A DNA stretch of 55,673 nt, filler included, from Bipalium vagum (GCA_037834085.1; 3 parts of 3 records of this genome joined end to end with filler, not necessarily neighbours in it); one strand, 5' to 3'. Numbered from the whole stretch's first letter, positions 1 to 12,340 are shown. The notes: generated by a model from the letters alone, not told the origin. Numbers and translations are program-made.

Positions 1-1591
1 ATTATTATTATTATTATTATTATGAAAATAATTCTAATTGCAATTAAAGCAGAAATGCAACTAGTTCATTAAGTCGCCATGCCTACGCGACACAGCAAAC
101 AAAAGTCACGTGAGCCACTGTCACCAGATCAATGTCAATAGCACTGATCTCTGAGAATAAGACCGATTGAATATGCAATAATCAACATTTCTCTACTTAA
201 ACAAATATCGATTTAATATTTGACAAAATCCTTATTTCTATTCCTTTTAACTTTACCGGCATTTGTCAAAGAGAAAAACAAGAGAAAAAATAAATTTAAT
301 TTAAAACAGTGAAATAAAAAATAAATAAAATCAGTTGGCATTTATTTATGCTTCAGTTCATCCGGTTTAGAACCAATTTTAATTAAAACAATTAAATAAT
401 AACGGAATTTGCAAACTGACTAATGGTATCCCCTTTTATTTAATAAAAATGTAAAATAATAATTTTATTTTTCACAAAAAAATGATAGCGAATTCCTGTC
501 GTGATAATTCTGTTTATAAATTATACTACAATAATTATGTGCATTAATTTTAACAAAATAGTATGATTTTTGTTTGAAAAAAATACTATTGAAATTATTG
601 TGCTTTATTACTAATTACTTAATTAATTAATACAATTTACCGGCGAAATGCTAAATAGTGTCCTCTAATTGGAGCTTGCCAACTTCCTTTAAGAGTGTGT
701 GTAATCAAAGCAAAAACTAATATTAAAATGTGTGTGTGCTTATCACAGCTACAAATGTAATCCAGTACTTACAAATGAAATATTGTAAAAATATTTTTTA
801 TTTATTATTATTTAATTAATTAAAATTAACTTAGGCGTTTTATGATTATCTAAGAAATCCTGATAAGAAAAAATGCGTATACCGTAGAGTGAAGCATCAT
901 CGAGTTCACGAGGAAACAATAAAATATATATAATGGAATAGTAAAAGTTCGTGAAGAAAAAAATGTACTTTTGATCTCTTAATTAATTAATGATTTTATA
1001 AAATCGATTACCTTTATTATCGGTTTTTAAAATATTTTTGTGAAATAGTTTTTCGTGTATTCTCAAGTGTTTCAGGTAATTTTACGAGAAATCACAAAGG
1101 GTCTTGTACTAATTAATTACACATTTAAGTTAATTTAAATGTTAAAAAATAATAATTTTCATTAATGGGCTACTGTTATCTTTTATTAATAAATTCTTTT
1201 ATTATTTTTGATACTTTCAATCTACTAATTATTTAATTAATTAATAGAATTATTATTTTATTTATTTATTAAAAATATTATACACTAATTTTATGAAACA
1301 AAAATTTAGTAGGCCTAACTAAACATCTGCAAAACCATAAAAAACGTTAATTAATCAAAATTATCAAAAATTATTGTTAATCATCAGTGATCATTGACCA
1401 TGAAATTGCAAGGTTTGGAAACTCTTTGTCCACCTCCATCTGTTCCTGTAGCTTGGGTAATGACTCCTTTGAGACCTTGGTTTCTTTTGTAAATTTGATT
1501 TTTGAACCCTGTTTCTTTTTTGATTTATAATTTTAAAAATATGACTTAATATTTTTAATTAAATGTAGATTTAATTTTATATTTTATTTAG

Positions 1592-4500
1592 AAATTCTCA
1601 TAACGAAGTTGAAAGATCAAGGTAAAGTAATTGATATTATATTTTAATAAATTGTAAGAAAAAAGATTGTAACTGTAGAATTAAATAATGTTTGTTCACA
1701 TAGATATCATTATTCAAATTAACATAACATATTTTCATAGTCACACCTTTACAGATGACAGTCACTGCCTTAAACATTTTCCACAAACATGTTTTACATG
1801 TATAACACATATTTATGGCTTTATTTTTGCAATATCCAATTTGACAAGCTTTCCGCCTTTCAGAAACTTTAGAGGAATCTACTGAAATTTTCTCCATACT
1901 TTTTGTTACAGGAAAATCTCGATATTTGGTTGAAAATTCCTCTACCAAATAAAGTAAAAATTCTTGTCGGAATATTTTTCCTAGTTTTTGCTTACATAAA
2001 ATTCAGGCCCTTATACCCGCTAAATCAAAAATGTTGAAAAATATATAGACATACACCATTTTAGTCACATATTCGTCATATCTGTACCAAAGTAAGTTAT
2101 AAAAACCAATAGTTTCAGATATACATTTACCTGTTTTTCACAATTTTTAAAAGATTGTGCTTCGAGCTAAGTATGAGAACTTTTTTGTTCCGTTTGCTTT
2201 TGTGAATCGTCTGAGTACAATTGATTTGTAAACCTGCGTTGAAAAATATGTCATATTGTCTTCCCTTTGTTTCGTACCTTATGGAAGTCCTTTCACAATA
2301 TTTATTTGATTTCCCACTTATCCGGTTTGTTGGGCATATGTCTTGTAAGTCTGTAACATGCTTTTTTTGCAAAAAGCTCAGTCTAGTTTATAGCGGTTTT
2401 GCTTCTTCAATAAATATATTTCATGCCTTTGAGATAAGAGCAAATTTGACAGTTTACAGATATTTGTTAACATATTAATTTTTACCATTTGAAAGTAAAA
2501 AAATTTTTTATATTTCCATATATAGTCTTACTTTCCTATTGTTACTATTTTCTATTGGGTTAATTCATCTGCATGTTTTATAGATAAGAATCTAGCAATC
2601 AAACCATTATGTTCAACTGTAGTAATCCAACGATGGGAAAGTTGTTCGATGCCACTCAGGTACAATGCTTTATCTTTGGAAAGGAAAAATTCACGACATT
2701 CATTTTCTACTTGTTCTATATTCTCAAACTGTCGTCCTCTAAGGAAATGAGCCATTCGTTGGTAAATGTGGTAATCGCTGGGTGCTAGATCTGGATTGAA
2801 TGCAGGATGAAGTAAAATTTCAATTCCTTCTAATTGGATAATTTTATTTTGCGTTACTCGCGCAGTATGCGGCCGACAATTATCCTGTGGCAAAAGCACC
2901 CGCTTTCTGTTGACTAAAGCAGGATATTTTATAGTTAATTGTTGGTACATACGATCGAGTTGAGCAGAATATAACTCAGCAGTGATGGTTTGACCATCTG
3001 GAAGTACTTCGAAGTGTATAATCCACTCAAAGTTCCACCACACGCACAACATGATCTTTTTCCGAACCTATCTTGTTTTGGAACAGCTTGGGCTTCTGGT
3101 CTGATTCCAAGCGTTGATTTCTCCTGTTCGGATTATAAAAATATTTCCATTTTTCGTCGCACGTGACTATGCGGCGTATAGAGCGTTCATCATTTGGATT
3201 ATTTAATAATTGACGACAGATCGGCAAACGGTGTTCAGCTTGACTTTGCATCAAATCATGCGGTACTTCAGAAACGCGCTTGTATCGCTTGTTATTTTGA
3301 TATAAATAACGAACCACGGATGGTTGTGATGTTCCGGTCTCAGCCGACAATCTACGTGTACTATTTGATGGATTCATTTCTACGGCTTTGAGAATAGCTT
3401 CCGAATTTACAGTGGTGAGACGTCCACTGATAAGATAATCATTGAGGTTCATGTCACCCTCTTTGAGTTTTTTGAATCACTTTTGAGCAGTTCTTATGAA
3501 CACTGATTTGTCGCCTTCAACTTCACATATTTTCTTTGCAGCATCTATGGCTCTGAAATTTTGCTTCCAGTAATGTTTCAGAAGTATATGGATTGCTTAT
3601 TTATCCATGTTTTTTTCTGAATAAATATATATACACAAACTACATATAAAGTAATATAATTAAAAGTATCTTACGCATCTCTTTCTCAGCTTTCAAATGG
3701 TTTGCAACTTGTTAATATTTAAACGAATAATATATTTAAAATTTGCTTTTAAAGTTTATATAGAAAAAACGCACGAACCTATGAATCAACCCAATAGTTT
3801 ATATTATTTGTAGAAGTCATATTAGAAAAATGCCAATTAAATGTAATTGCACTGCACAAATTCAAATTTGGCAATAATGTTGCGGAAACCACTCGTAAAA
3901 TCAGTGAAACATTCGTTATTGGTGCAGTAAATGTAATCACCGTGCAAAACTCTTTCAAAACATTCCGAGGTTTGAATGAGAGCCTCGAAAGTGGTGCAGG
4001 TCGTAGGCGTCCCTCTGCAGCTGACAATAATGAATAAATAGTTTTGGTCGAGGCTGATATATAACGGCTTGACAAATTGCCAAAAGTTAGGACATAACCA
4101 ACCAACAATTCTAAATCATCTCCACTCCCATGATAAAATGTTGAAGCTCGGTAAATTGTGCCATATAAATTGAACGATTTTCAGAAAAATCATCGTTATG
4201 AAATATGCTTTGCACTCTTGTTGCATAAAAATGGCAAATTCCTTCATTGTATTGTAACCTGCTATAAAAAGTTGATTGCCTACGAAAACGGCGGCGGTCA
4301 TCACAATGGTCGGACATTTGCGAAACTCAACATCAATTCGCAAAGCCGATATTGCAACAAAACAAGACCGTGGTGTTGGTTTGGGGGTCAGCGGTCAGTC
4401 TGACTCACTTCAGTTTCTTAAACCAAGGAGAAACTATGACATCAAAAGGATATTGTCAAGAAGACGACGAAATACACCATAAATTGCAATTTCTGTGCTG

Positions 4501-7500
4501 CCATTTAGTTAATAGAAAACATCCAATGATTCTTCCTGGCAATGCCCATCAACAAGTTACATAATAATCCCTGCAGAAACTAAATGGTTTAGGGTATGAA
4601 AGTCCTTCTTATCCAGTACACTCACCGATATGTCTCCCACTAACTATCATTTTTATCATCTTTCCCATTCCTGCAAGAGAAAATCGTCCACAACAACAGT
4701 TCTGTTCAGAATTCCTTCCGTGTGTCTCTGTCCTACTTTGAACTCTACTTGTATAGTCGTATTCCTCGCAATCGAAAAATTTAGTCGCCTGTTCAGAAAT
4801 ATCACTAAGCTCTTCACTCATTTGCTGAACTTTCCTTCCGATACCTCTTCGCCTGGGCTGGCAGCTCATTAAATGACAATAATTCATTAGTTTACTATTT
4901 ACTTTACTCAATAATTTTTAAATATTTCGGCTTATCGCCCTTTTAATTAAATTAGTTTTACTTCCAACTCTCTGGTTTACCATACCGAGTAACTGAAAGA
5001 AAAAATATATTGTTAGTATTATTTCTACTATTAACCAAATAAATCAGGAAACCAAACAAAGTATATTGATATTACATAAAATTTTAAGCTTCGTATTTAT
5101 TAAAATAAAATAATAAAAGTATGTGACCCTTCGTTTTATAAAATTAAAAGAAAAAATTTTTATTTAATATCAAAAATGTTATCATATGTAATGTAGAAGA
5201 GCTCACTTAAAAGACTGTATGGAAAAATTAGAGAAAAAAATGTCTTTCAATAATGAATATCATTCGAACCGAATTACAATGCTCCATACACTTCGAAAAG
5301 CGACATCAACAATCAAAGTATTCCTATAATTTTTTATGTCATTTTTAAAACGTTATTCTTTTCAACAATATATTTTTCAATTCTTTGCAATTTTTGCGGA
5401 TTTAAAACTTTTGTAAGATTAATTTTCATAAGTCACTTTGAAAAAACTTAATTGTCGAAAATTGATTTTAATTTTGTTATGTGATCCAATTCTAGTTTTT
5501 AAATGCTTCATAGTCAACAAAGGTTGTTTTCGGATCTTGTATGGCTTTAACTGTAGAGTTTTTGAATATGGATTGACCTGATCCAATTGCTATTCCAGTT
5601 TTGGTAGCCAATTTTCTTACTGTCACTCTTTTTTCCTTTTGACCAATTTTTTTATAGATTTCGCTCTTTTCCTGGTAGATTCTTCAGTTCAATAGAACCA
5701 TTTAGTACCATCGTTTGATGGGTGGAAGTCAAAGGACTCCTTCCAATTCTTGGTATTTTCCCTTTTTGTTGCTTGGAATAAATAATATTTTATATTTCAA
5801 CGACTTCAACTCTAAAATTCAAATTTAAAAATAATTATAATAATAATAAATTTTTGTTTACCTGTACAATGCGCGTAAAAAGTCTGTTAATCCCCTATAA
5901 AAAATAAAAAATTGATATATATTTCGATTTAGTTAAAAATAGTTGTTTAAATATTTAGTTATTGATAAATTATTTAAATAATGCAAGTTATTATAATATA
6001 TTTTTAAATGATGTGTAAAATAATGCGTAATCACGTGGATTTAGAGTAATGTGATGTCTAGAAATTTAACAGAATTTCAAAGAAATTTAATCGTTATATT
6101 ACGGAATAATGGAAAATCATAGACAGAAATAGCTCGTGAATTAACTGAAAAGTAAAGCAAGACTGTGAAAAAACGCGACATGCAATATGTTTAGAAGAAA
6201 TATCTGAAAACAGGGTCCGTGCGAGATAATACGAAAAATGGCAGATAAGCCATTGTTTCACTCAAAGCTTCAAGAGCTATAAGAAGCATTTGCAAAATCA
6301 ATCGCTTTTACCTGTTCATATAAAATACAAGTTCTGTCCAAAATATATCTGACAGTACCATCCAGAAAATTCTGAAAGAAGTTTTCGAAGTTATGCAGCA
6401 ATTAAGAAGCCATATTTGAAAATGCACCAACATTTCAGAAGACTTTCCTGGATCAAGACCAACAGTTCCTGGGATGCAAATAAATAGGGAAATTTCGTAT
6501 TCAGCGACGAATGATTCTTTCAGTCATATTCGCCATCAAAAAAAATTATTATATGATAAGCCTTACAGTTAATCCTCTTTAGATTTTGATAAAATATAAT
6601 TATTTGCTTTTACCAAATATAAAAAGAATAGTATCATATGTTGAACACCCGTTATTTTATAGTTTCAAACTTTTGACACTTCATAATAAAATTTAGAAAA
6701 ATGGTTTTCAACATTAAATTTCTGAGTTTTGACCATGGTCCTGGTAACAATTTTATTTTTAATATTAATTGTCAGCAAACCTAAATTTTCAATTCCCACT
6801 TAACTTCACTTTACAAAATTCCTCATACATGCATCTTTTTCATCTTTATTAAACTAAGCCAATTTTCCTCCAGAAATTTAATTATTTCTAATTTTATTTG
6901 TTAATATTAATGGAAAGTATATTTCCCATTTCCATTATGAAAATCAAATACGAAGTATGAAGAAGCTTAACTTCTTAAAATATATCATTAGGTATGTGAA
7001 TAAGTTTCCGGATTCGAAATAAAGACGTCACAATTGAAATATACGTGGTTATAAATTAATGATATACAAGTATGTTATTTGAAAAATGTCTTGTTTAAAT
7101 ATTTTTAAAAATGTAGAAATATATAGAAATATTGAACATTGGCGGAAAAAACATTTTTGAGAAGTTTTATTACTATCAGACTACCATTTATTTTTGTCTC
7201 TGAATTCCTTATGGATTTCCAATGGTTTTAAGAGAATATTGTTAAAACTACATAGCACAGTTTTCTTATCAGAAATCCTAAAAATTATATATTATGAATT
7301 TACCACACAAATGGCGATATCGAACAAAATGAAACATATTTGATTCAATAAAGTTTATTTGTTATACATGAATAAAGTTATTTGTTTTTTCATTTTAAAA
7401 AACGGCGGAATAAAATATTTGAGTAATCTCAAAAATATTTTAAAGATTTTTACATAATTATAAGAGTAAGAAGAAAGGATAATTCGCGAATGGTTTTTTC

Positions 7501-10500
7501 GCCCCACTAAAATAATTTCGATCTTGAATATCTACCAAAGTTGGGAATTCAAAGATATGAGAAATTCTTTTGAAATGGACGAAGATCCACCTAATTAAAG
7601 GATATATAAACTTTTCTACCAATAAAAGAATTGTTTCCAGAAGGCATCTGAATTAAGAAGAATGAATTATAATAAAAATATTATTAAACTCTTAAATAAA
7701 TATTGTAGGATCATTTTTTGTTTAAATACTCCAACACCATTCTATAATTTTTAAAAGGAAAAATAAATATTTTTTTAATATCTCAAAAGTTCTTAAGTAC
7801 ATAAAATAATAAATGAAAATTGTACATTTAACCGCCAAAACGTTTAAATAGCGCAAATATCAAATTGATAAGATAAAAATAATTTTCAAAATTCTTAAGA
7901 TTAATAACGCTGTTCTTTTGTTATATTGTTCAAATTGTTATGAATGTCATAATAAAGCTTAATATTAGGTGTAAAAATATAAAATCAAAATTTTTAATTA
8001 TTTTTTAACTAATACAGTTGCTTTAATATTTCAATCTGTGAATCAATTATTAATATAACCCAAAACGTAAAAAGTCGGTCACAAAGTCAAATCATTTCAA
8101 TAAAAAATAATGCTCTCCGTTTGATAAGATATTAAGGGCATGATATACTATGTGCTTTCGGAAATCAGTGAAACAGTTAATGTTAATCGTTTTTAAGACC
8201 AATTAATCCGGTTGAGTCAAAATTTTGAGTTAAAACGCCAGTTTAGTGGGAAAGGAAAACCATCTGTAGCAGTTCATAATGGATAATCTCAGTCATTGCC
8301 CATGAAAAGCACACAAGTTGTTTCTTTACTCTAAATTTTCACTTTACTATTGATACTGAAATGGCCAGAAAATCAGTCTTTCTTAGGATTATGACATGCA
8401 ACCCATTTCTCATAACCAGTAACAAACCAATCCAAACATGAAGCATTCCGATGTATATGAAAAGCAATGATGCACAGATTATTAGTTACACAGACTTTTA
8501 TAAATCTGTCACTTGATAAGGGACCCATTTTTCGGCTTTGTTGAAAAAATTTGCTTATATTCATTGACGAATATTGTCACTGCATCTAATTCCGTTATAG
8601 TCGTCATCTCAGTCATATTTTGCAATTATCTGTCTCAATTAATTCTTATATAAAGTTCTCATTGACATCAAAAGAATGTCCGGAGCGTCGACGGTCACTC
8701 AATTTGAAGTTTCCTTTAAATCTAGAAACAAGTGCTGAAATTTTCTTACCTCCAGTATTTCATGATACTGCATTAATGCTGGAGTTACTTCCACAGAATT
8801 TTTTCGTTTACAGAATGCCTAAAAATGAGATTTCGAAAATTAAATTTTATATGTTGATCATTAATCATATTGACATCAATTGTTTGATCGCCCTTAAATT
8901 GTCGCATAATTAAATATGAACAATTAAAACAACGAATTAATTTCATTGATTTCAAAACATGATTATATTTTTCATATATACGTTAATGAAAATCGACAAA
9001 TTTTTTGAAAATATCTATAATAAATATTTATAATAATAAAACTGTTTCAACTTTAAAAAGTAGTCTGAGATTTTTAATTTATAAATAGTATATATCTAAA
9101 TAAAACAGTTATACTTTAATATATTTATTTTTTATCTTATTATATCGTTTGTCTAATTTTGAAATGAAATCTGTATATCGAAATAGTTTGTACATTTAAA
9201 AATTTTGTTAAATATTTAACTGGTAACAAATTGAAATTTTACTCAACTCCTTACAATTCACAGGAGAAGGAAAGATTCGTATTCAATTTGTACAAAAAAG
9301 AATATACAATTAAAAATCAAAATGCTCAATTAAAACAACGCTTTCTATTATTGGAAAAACAACTTATTTTATTAAACCAATACTCATTAAGCCAAGAAAA
9401 AAGGTTTCGAAATATGTCTGAATGCTCGGTGAATACAACTTCATCAGGTTAGATTCCTATAAATATTTTCAATTGCTTATAATTAATAGGCGTCTTATAA
9501 TTATATTTTTTTAATAAATTTCTCTTCATTTTAGTATAGTAATCATTCTAATTTACTAGCTTTGACTTTATTCATATAGATATATATCACTAGTGAAGTA
9601 TATGTTAAGTGATAAATTTATTAGAGAGTGGCTTAAAATAAAGATAACACTTGAAAGTATCAATATTAATCGAATACATTTAATAGCAATTAAATTAAAA
9701 TTATAAAGAAGAATTAAATTATTTAATAATCCTGGTTTATATATAAATTTTTTTGTTTAAATGCTTATATAATGACAATAATAAGTGTATTTATTTTAAA
9801 TTAGTTTTTATTTTTAACATTGTCTTAAATATCAAATTCCGACAGAATTCGACTCGTAGAGTTTCTTTTAAACAGAGTTTCACTCAAGCTCAAGAAATTT
9901 TCCACGGAATAAAAGATGACACGAAAGATGGACACACCTTTAGTGCAGAAAATCAGAAAAAATATTCAGAAATTCCAGCAAACTGGTTTTATTAATAAAA
10001 ATCACAATGTGCGATCGCCTAGATCTTCAGAAGCGAATCAAAAGGACATTTTTACTGCTTTACTACAGATGAAAGCAGAGAAAACTTCTCTGAACGTAAG
10101 GAAACTAAGTTCTACTCCACATTCATTAATTGGAACTGTTCACGCGTATTTTCTACGTGAATTGAAATTGTTTACTTATAAATTCACAATTAAGCAGTCT
10201 CTCAGACAATCAAAGGGCAAATCGATATGCCTTTTGCAAACGAATGATATCAAATATATCTAAGGCTCATATTGGGTTGATTCATAAGTTCGAAAGATTA
10301 TGCATGTTTTAGAGATAAGAATCTAGCAATCAAACAAATTTTATTCAGAAAAATAAAGACCATTATGTTCAACTGTCTTTATCCACTTTTGAACAGTTCT
10401 TATGAACATTGATTTGTCGCCTTCAACTTCACATATTTTCTTGGAAGCATTTATGGGTCTGAAATTCTGCTTCCAGTAATGTTTCAGAATTATACGGATT

Positions 10501-11739
10501 GCTTATTTATCTATGCTTTTTTCTGAACAAATAAATATACACAAATTACATATAACAAAAGTATCTCACGCGTCTCTTTCTCAGCTTTCAAATGGTGTGC
10601 AACTTGTTAATATTTAAACGAATAATATATTTAAAATTTGCTTTTAAAGTTTATATAGAAAAAACGCACGAACTTATGAATCAACATAATATAATTTTAT
10701 CCCGAATGGTTTGGAGTGATAAATGTTCATGCCATCTCAATGAATGGGTCAACAGGCAAAATTTTCGATTTTGGAGAACGCAAAATCTGATATTGTAATT
10801 GAATACTTCACATTCTTGCCAAAGATCAACGCCGTCATTGGAATGTCACCTACCTTTCTAATTGGGACATATTTCTTTGAGCATAATGGCAAAAGTGAAA
10901 TAAATTCAGAATGATATGTGGATATGTTGATTCACTACTTTATTTCGAAGCTCAAATCAATGCCAATTTTTCAATAAGATGGGGCTGCTCCTCAAATTGT
11001 TAAACAAGTACGAGTATTCTTGGAAAGCTTTTTCAGTTCTGAAAAAGTAATTTCCAGAGGATTTTCATATGAATGGCCTGCACAAAGTTTTGATCCATTT
11101 TGTTCTATTCTTTTAGACATCAATATAAACAATAATCGAAGCTTCTTACGAATCAACTTTGTCAACGTAAAATATAATATGTAAAACAATAAATTGATAA
11201 AAGAAAATAAACACAAGGAAGAAAGATTAATTTAAAATACTATCATCCAAAAGTCACTGGGTCTCTTCTTATTGTCTGACCCTAAAAGTTTTCTCGTTTG
11301 TAGAATAACTTGTTCGAGATCCTACCGTGATCACTGATACATGAATTATCCAGTACCTTAAGCATATTTTTTATAAATTTATTCAGTTCAAATTTTGTTT
11401 TTAAAAGAATTGAAAAAATGCTTTTTAATTCATCGATTCTCTAAAAAATTAATAGATTATTTTATATTTTCAAAAAAAATAATGATTGTTATGAAGAATT
11501 TATTAATTTTCTTTAATTGTAACTTTATTACTTATTAATTTATTTTAGAAGAATCTCTTGTAGAAGACCGCTTGTTTCCGCAATTATTCCAGATGAAATT
11601 AATTGGTAACGAAGAAATGAAATTTGAAAGTGCATCGGAAATCAATTCTATTACCCCTAACAGTTCTGACTGTGGAATTGACAATTCCTTATATTCTGGT
11701 GAACATTTCTCCGGTAATAAATCAACCAGAATATTTTAA
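1592..11739 (+). CDS. MXD: Mad/Mxd (MXD1/MXI1/MDL-1-like) bHLH-leucine zipper transcriptional repressor, 5'-partial; join(1592..1621,5197..5317,9264..9447,11549..11739)
   Basis: Manual splicing gives all GT-AG introns with matching phases (2,0,1): (R)NSHNEVERSR|RAHLKDCMEKLEKKMSFNNEYHSNRITMLHTLRKATSTIK|EKERFVFNLYKKEYTIKNQNAQLKQRFLLLEKQL...RFRNMSECSVNTTSS|EESL...SSDCGIDN...RIF*. This matches MXD [22 protein letters not shown]..HIK, the zipper and the RIRMDS-type motif. Start codon and SID exon(s) are not resolved; MNT-like assignment is not fully excluded. Confidence 0.85.
1637..2300 (-). mobile_element. piggyBac (PGBD4-like) transposase remnant, C-terminal part
   Basis: Minus-strand frameshifted translation KKVLILSSKH..ETIGFYN..FGTDM..FFNIFDLAGIRA*IL...RQEFLLYLVEEF, followed by a Cys-rich tail RRKACQIGYCKNKAINMCYTCK. 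These are typical piggyBac DDD C-terminus and cysteine-rich domain motifs. Confidence 0.75.
2555..3794 (-). mobile_element. Near full-length mariner element (~1.24 kb), frameshifted transposase
   Basis: TA at 2553-2554 and 3795-3796; TIR TTGGGTT(G/A)ATTCAT at both ends. ORFs 3027..3452 (RIVTCDEKW) and 2552..3052 (MLCVWWN, QDNCRPH, PDLAPSDYH). Confidence 0.95.
3810..4670 (+). mobile_element. Degraded mariner (cecropia/Hsmar1-like) transposase remnant
   Basis: Fragments: HKFKFGNNVAETTRKISETF...NESLESGAGRRRPS, KNHRYEICFALLL..FLHCIVTC, GETMTSKGYCQ..LVNRKHPMIL, LQKLNGLGYE..SPDMSPTNYHF. Confidence 0.85.
4680..4911 (-). mobile_element. Probable acidic N-terminus of the interrupted piggyBac element
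   Basis: ORF with PRRRG..SEELSDISE..FFDCEEYDY resembles the basic-then-acidic N-termini of piggyBac transposases. Same strand as the 1637-2300 remnant. Confidence 0.35.
5480..5830 (-). mobile_element. Tc1/mariner-superfamily transposase N-terminal (HTH) fragment
   Basis: Minus translation KKLVKRKKRVTVRKLATKTGIAIGS..LKPYKIRKQPLLT..HLKTRI. Confidence 0.5.
6055..6530 (+). mobile_element. Tc1-like transposase remnant (HTH to first catalytic Asp)
   Basis: MSRNLTEFQRNLIVILRNNGKS*TEIAREL..KYLKTGSVRD..GR, later KKPYLK and VFSDE; multiple stops. Confidence 0.6.
7965..8900 (-). mobile_element. Degraded mariner (mauritiana-like TIR) with internal inversion
   Basis: Minus: LSDRRRSG, CLDWFVTGYEKWVACHNPKK. 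Segment ~8103-8318 reads on plus as KIMLSV**DIKGMIYYVL..ETVN..QLIRLSQ..KR. TIR-like TA-TTAGGTGTAAAAATAT near 7963. Confidence 0.65.
9623..11215 (+). mobile_element. rosa/DD41D-like Tc1/mariner remnant, interrupted by a mariner deletion derivative
   Basis: KIRKNIQKFQQTG..RELKLFTYK before the insertion; WSDKCSCHLNEWVNRQNFRFW, FQ*DGA and EWPA after it. Boundaries approximate. Confidence 0.7.
10272..10689 (-). mobile_element. Internally deleted (MITE-like) mariner, same family as 2555-3794
   Basis: TA at 10270-10271 and 10690-10691; TIR TTGGGTTGATTCATAAGTTCG. 10385-10689 is highly similar to ~3478-3794, and 10300-10385 to ~2570-2630. Confidence 0.93.
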
Positions 11740-12340
11740 TTTTGTACAGATTAAAAACCATTTTCCTGATTCTAAATTTGTTTAGAATTATTAATATTAT
11801 TATTATTAATTTATTTCTGTTATTATTAATGATTTGGGGACCAGAAGATATTGACAGTGGTTTATATCAGTTTTCTTTACAAATTTCCGTTTTTAAAATC
11901 CAGTTTATAATTTGATAATTTGATAACCCTTCTTTTATTAACTGATCCTAATGGTAAAAGAATGTCGTTGGAAGAGAGTCAAACTTATAAAACTAAATAC
12001 ATTTTTATTTGCATAATGAGATGTAGTTTGTAAATTAAATTTTTTCTTGCCTTTTCGATTTAATTTTAAAAATTTTCTTAGTAATTTTAATGCTTTATAT
12101 TATTAATAATAATATTAGTGTGTGGACTCTTAAGGTACTTTTAGATACAAATAAAGATACGTTTCTATAATATATTGATTTTATCAAGTTTAGAATGACT
12201 TTCCAAGGTTTTGATATTTTATTTGCTATTGTGCTAATTATAATCTGTAAAATATTTATTTTATTATTACAAAAAACACGTGCATATTCCAAAAAGATAG
12301 TTATTTTCCTAATATTAGTTAAGGGGCTAAAATTAAATAA

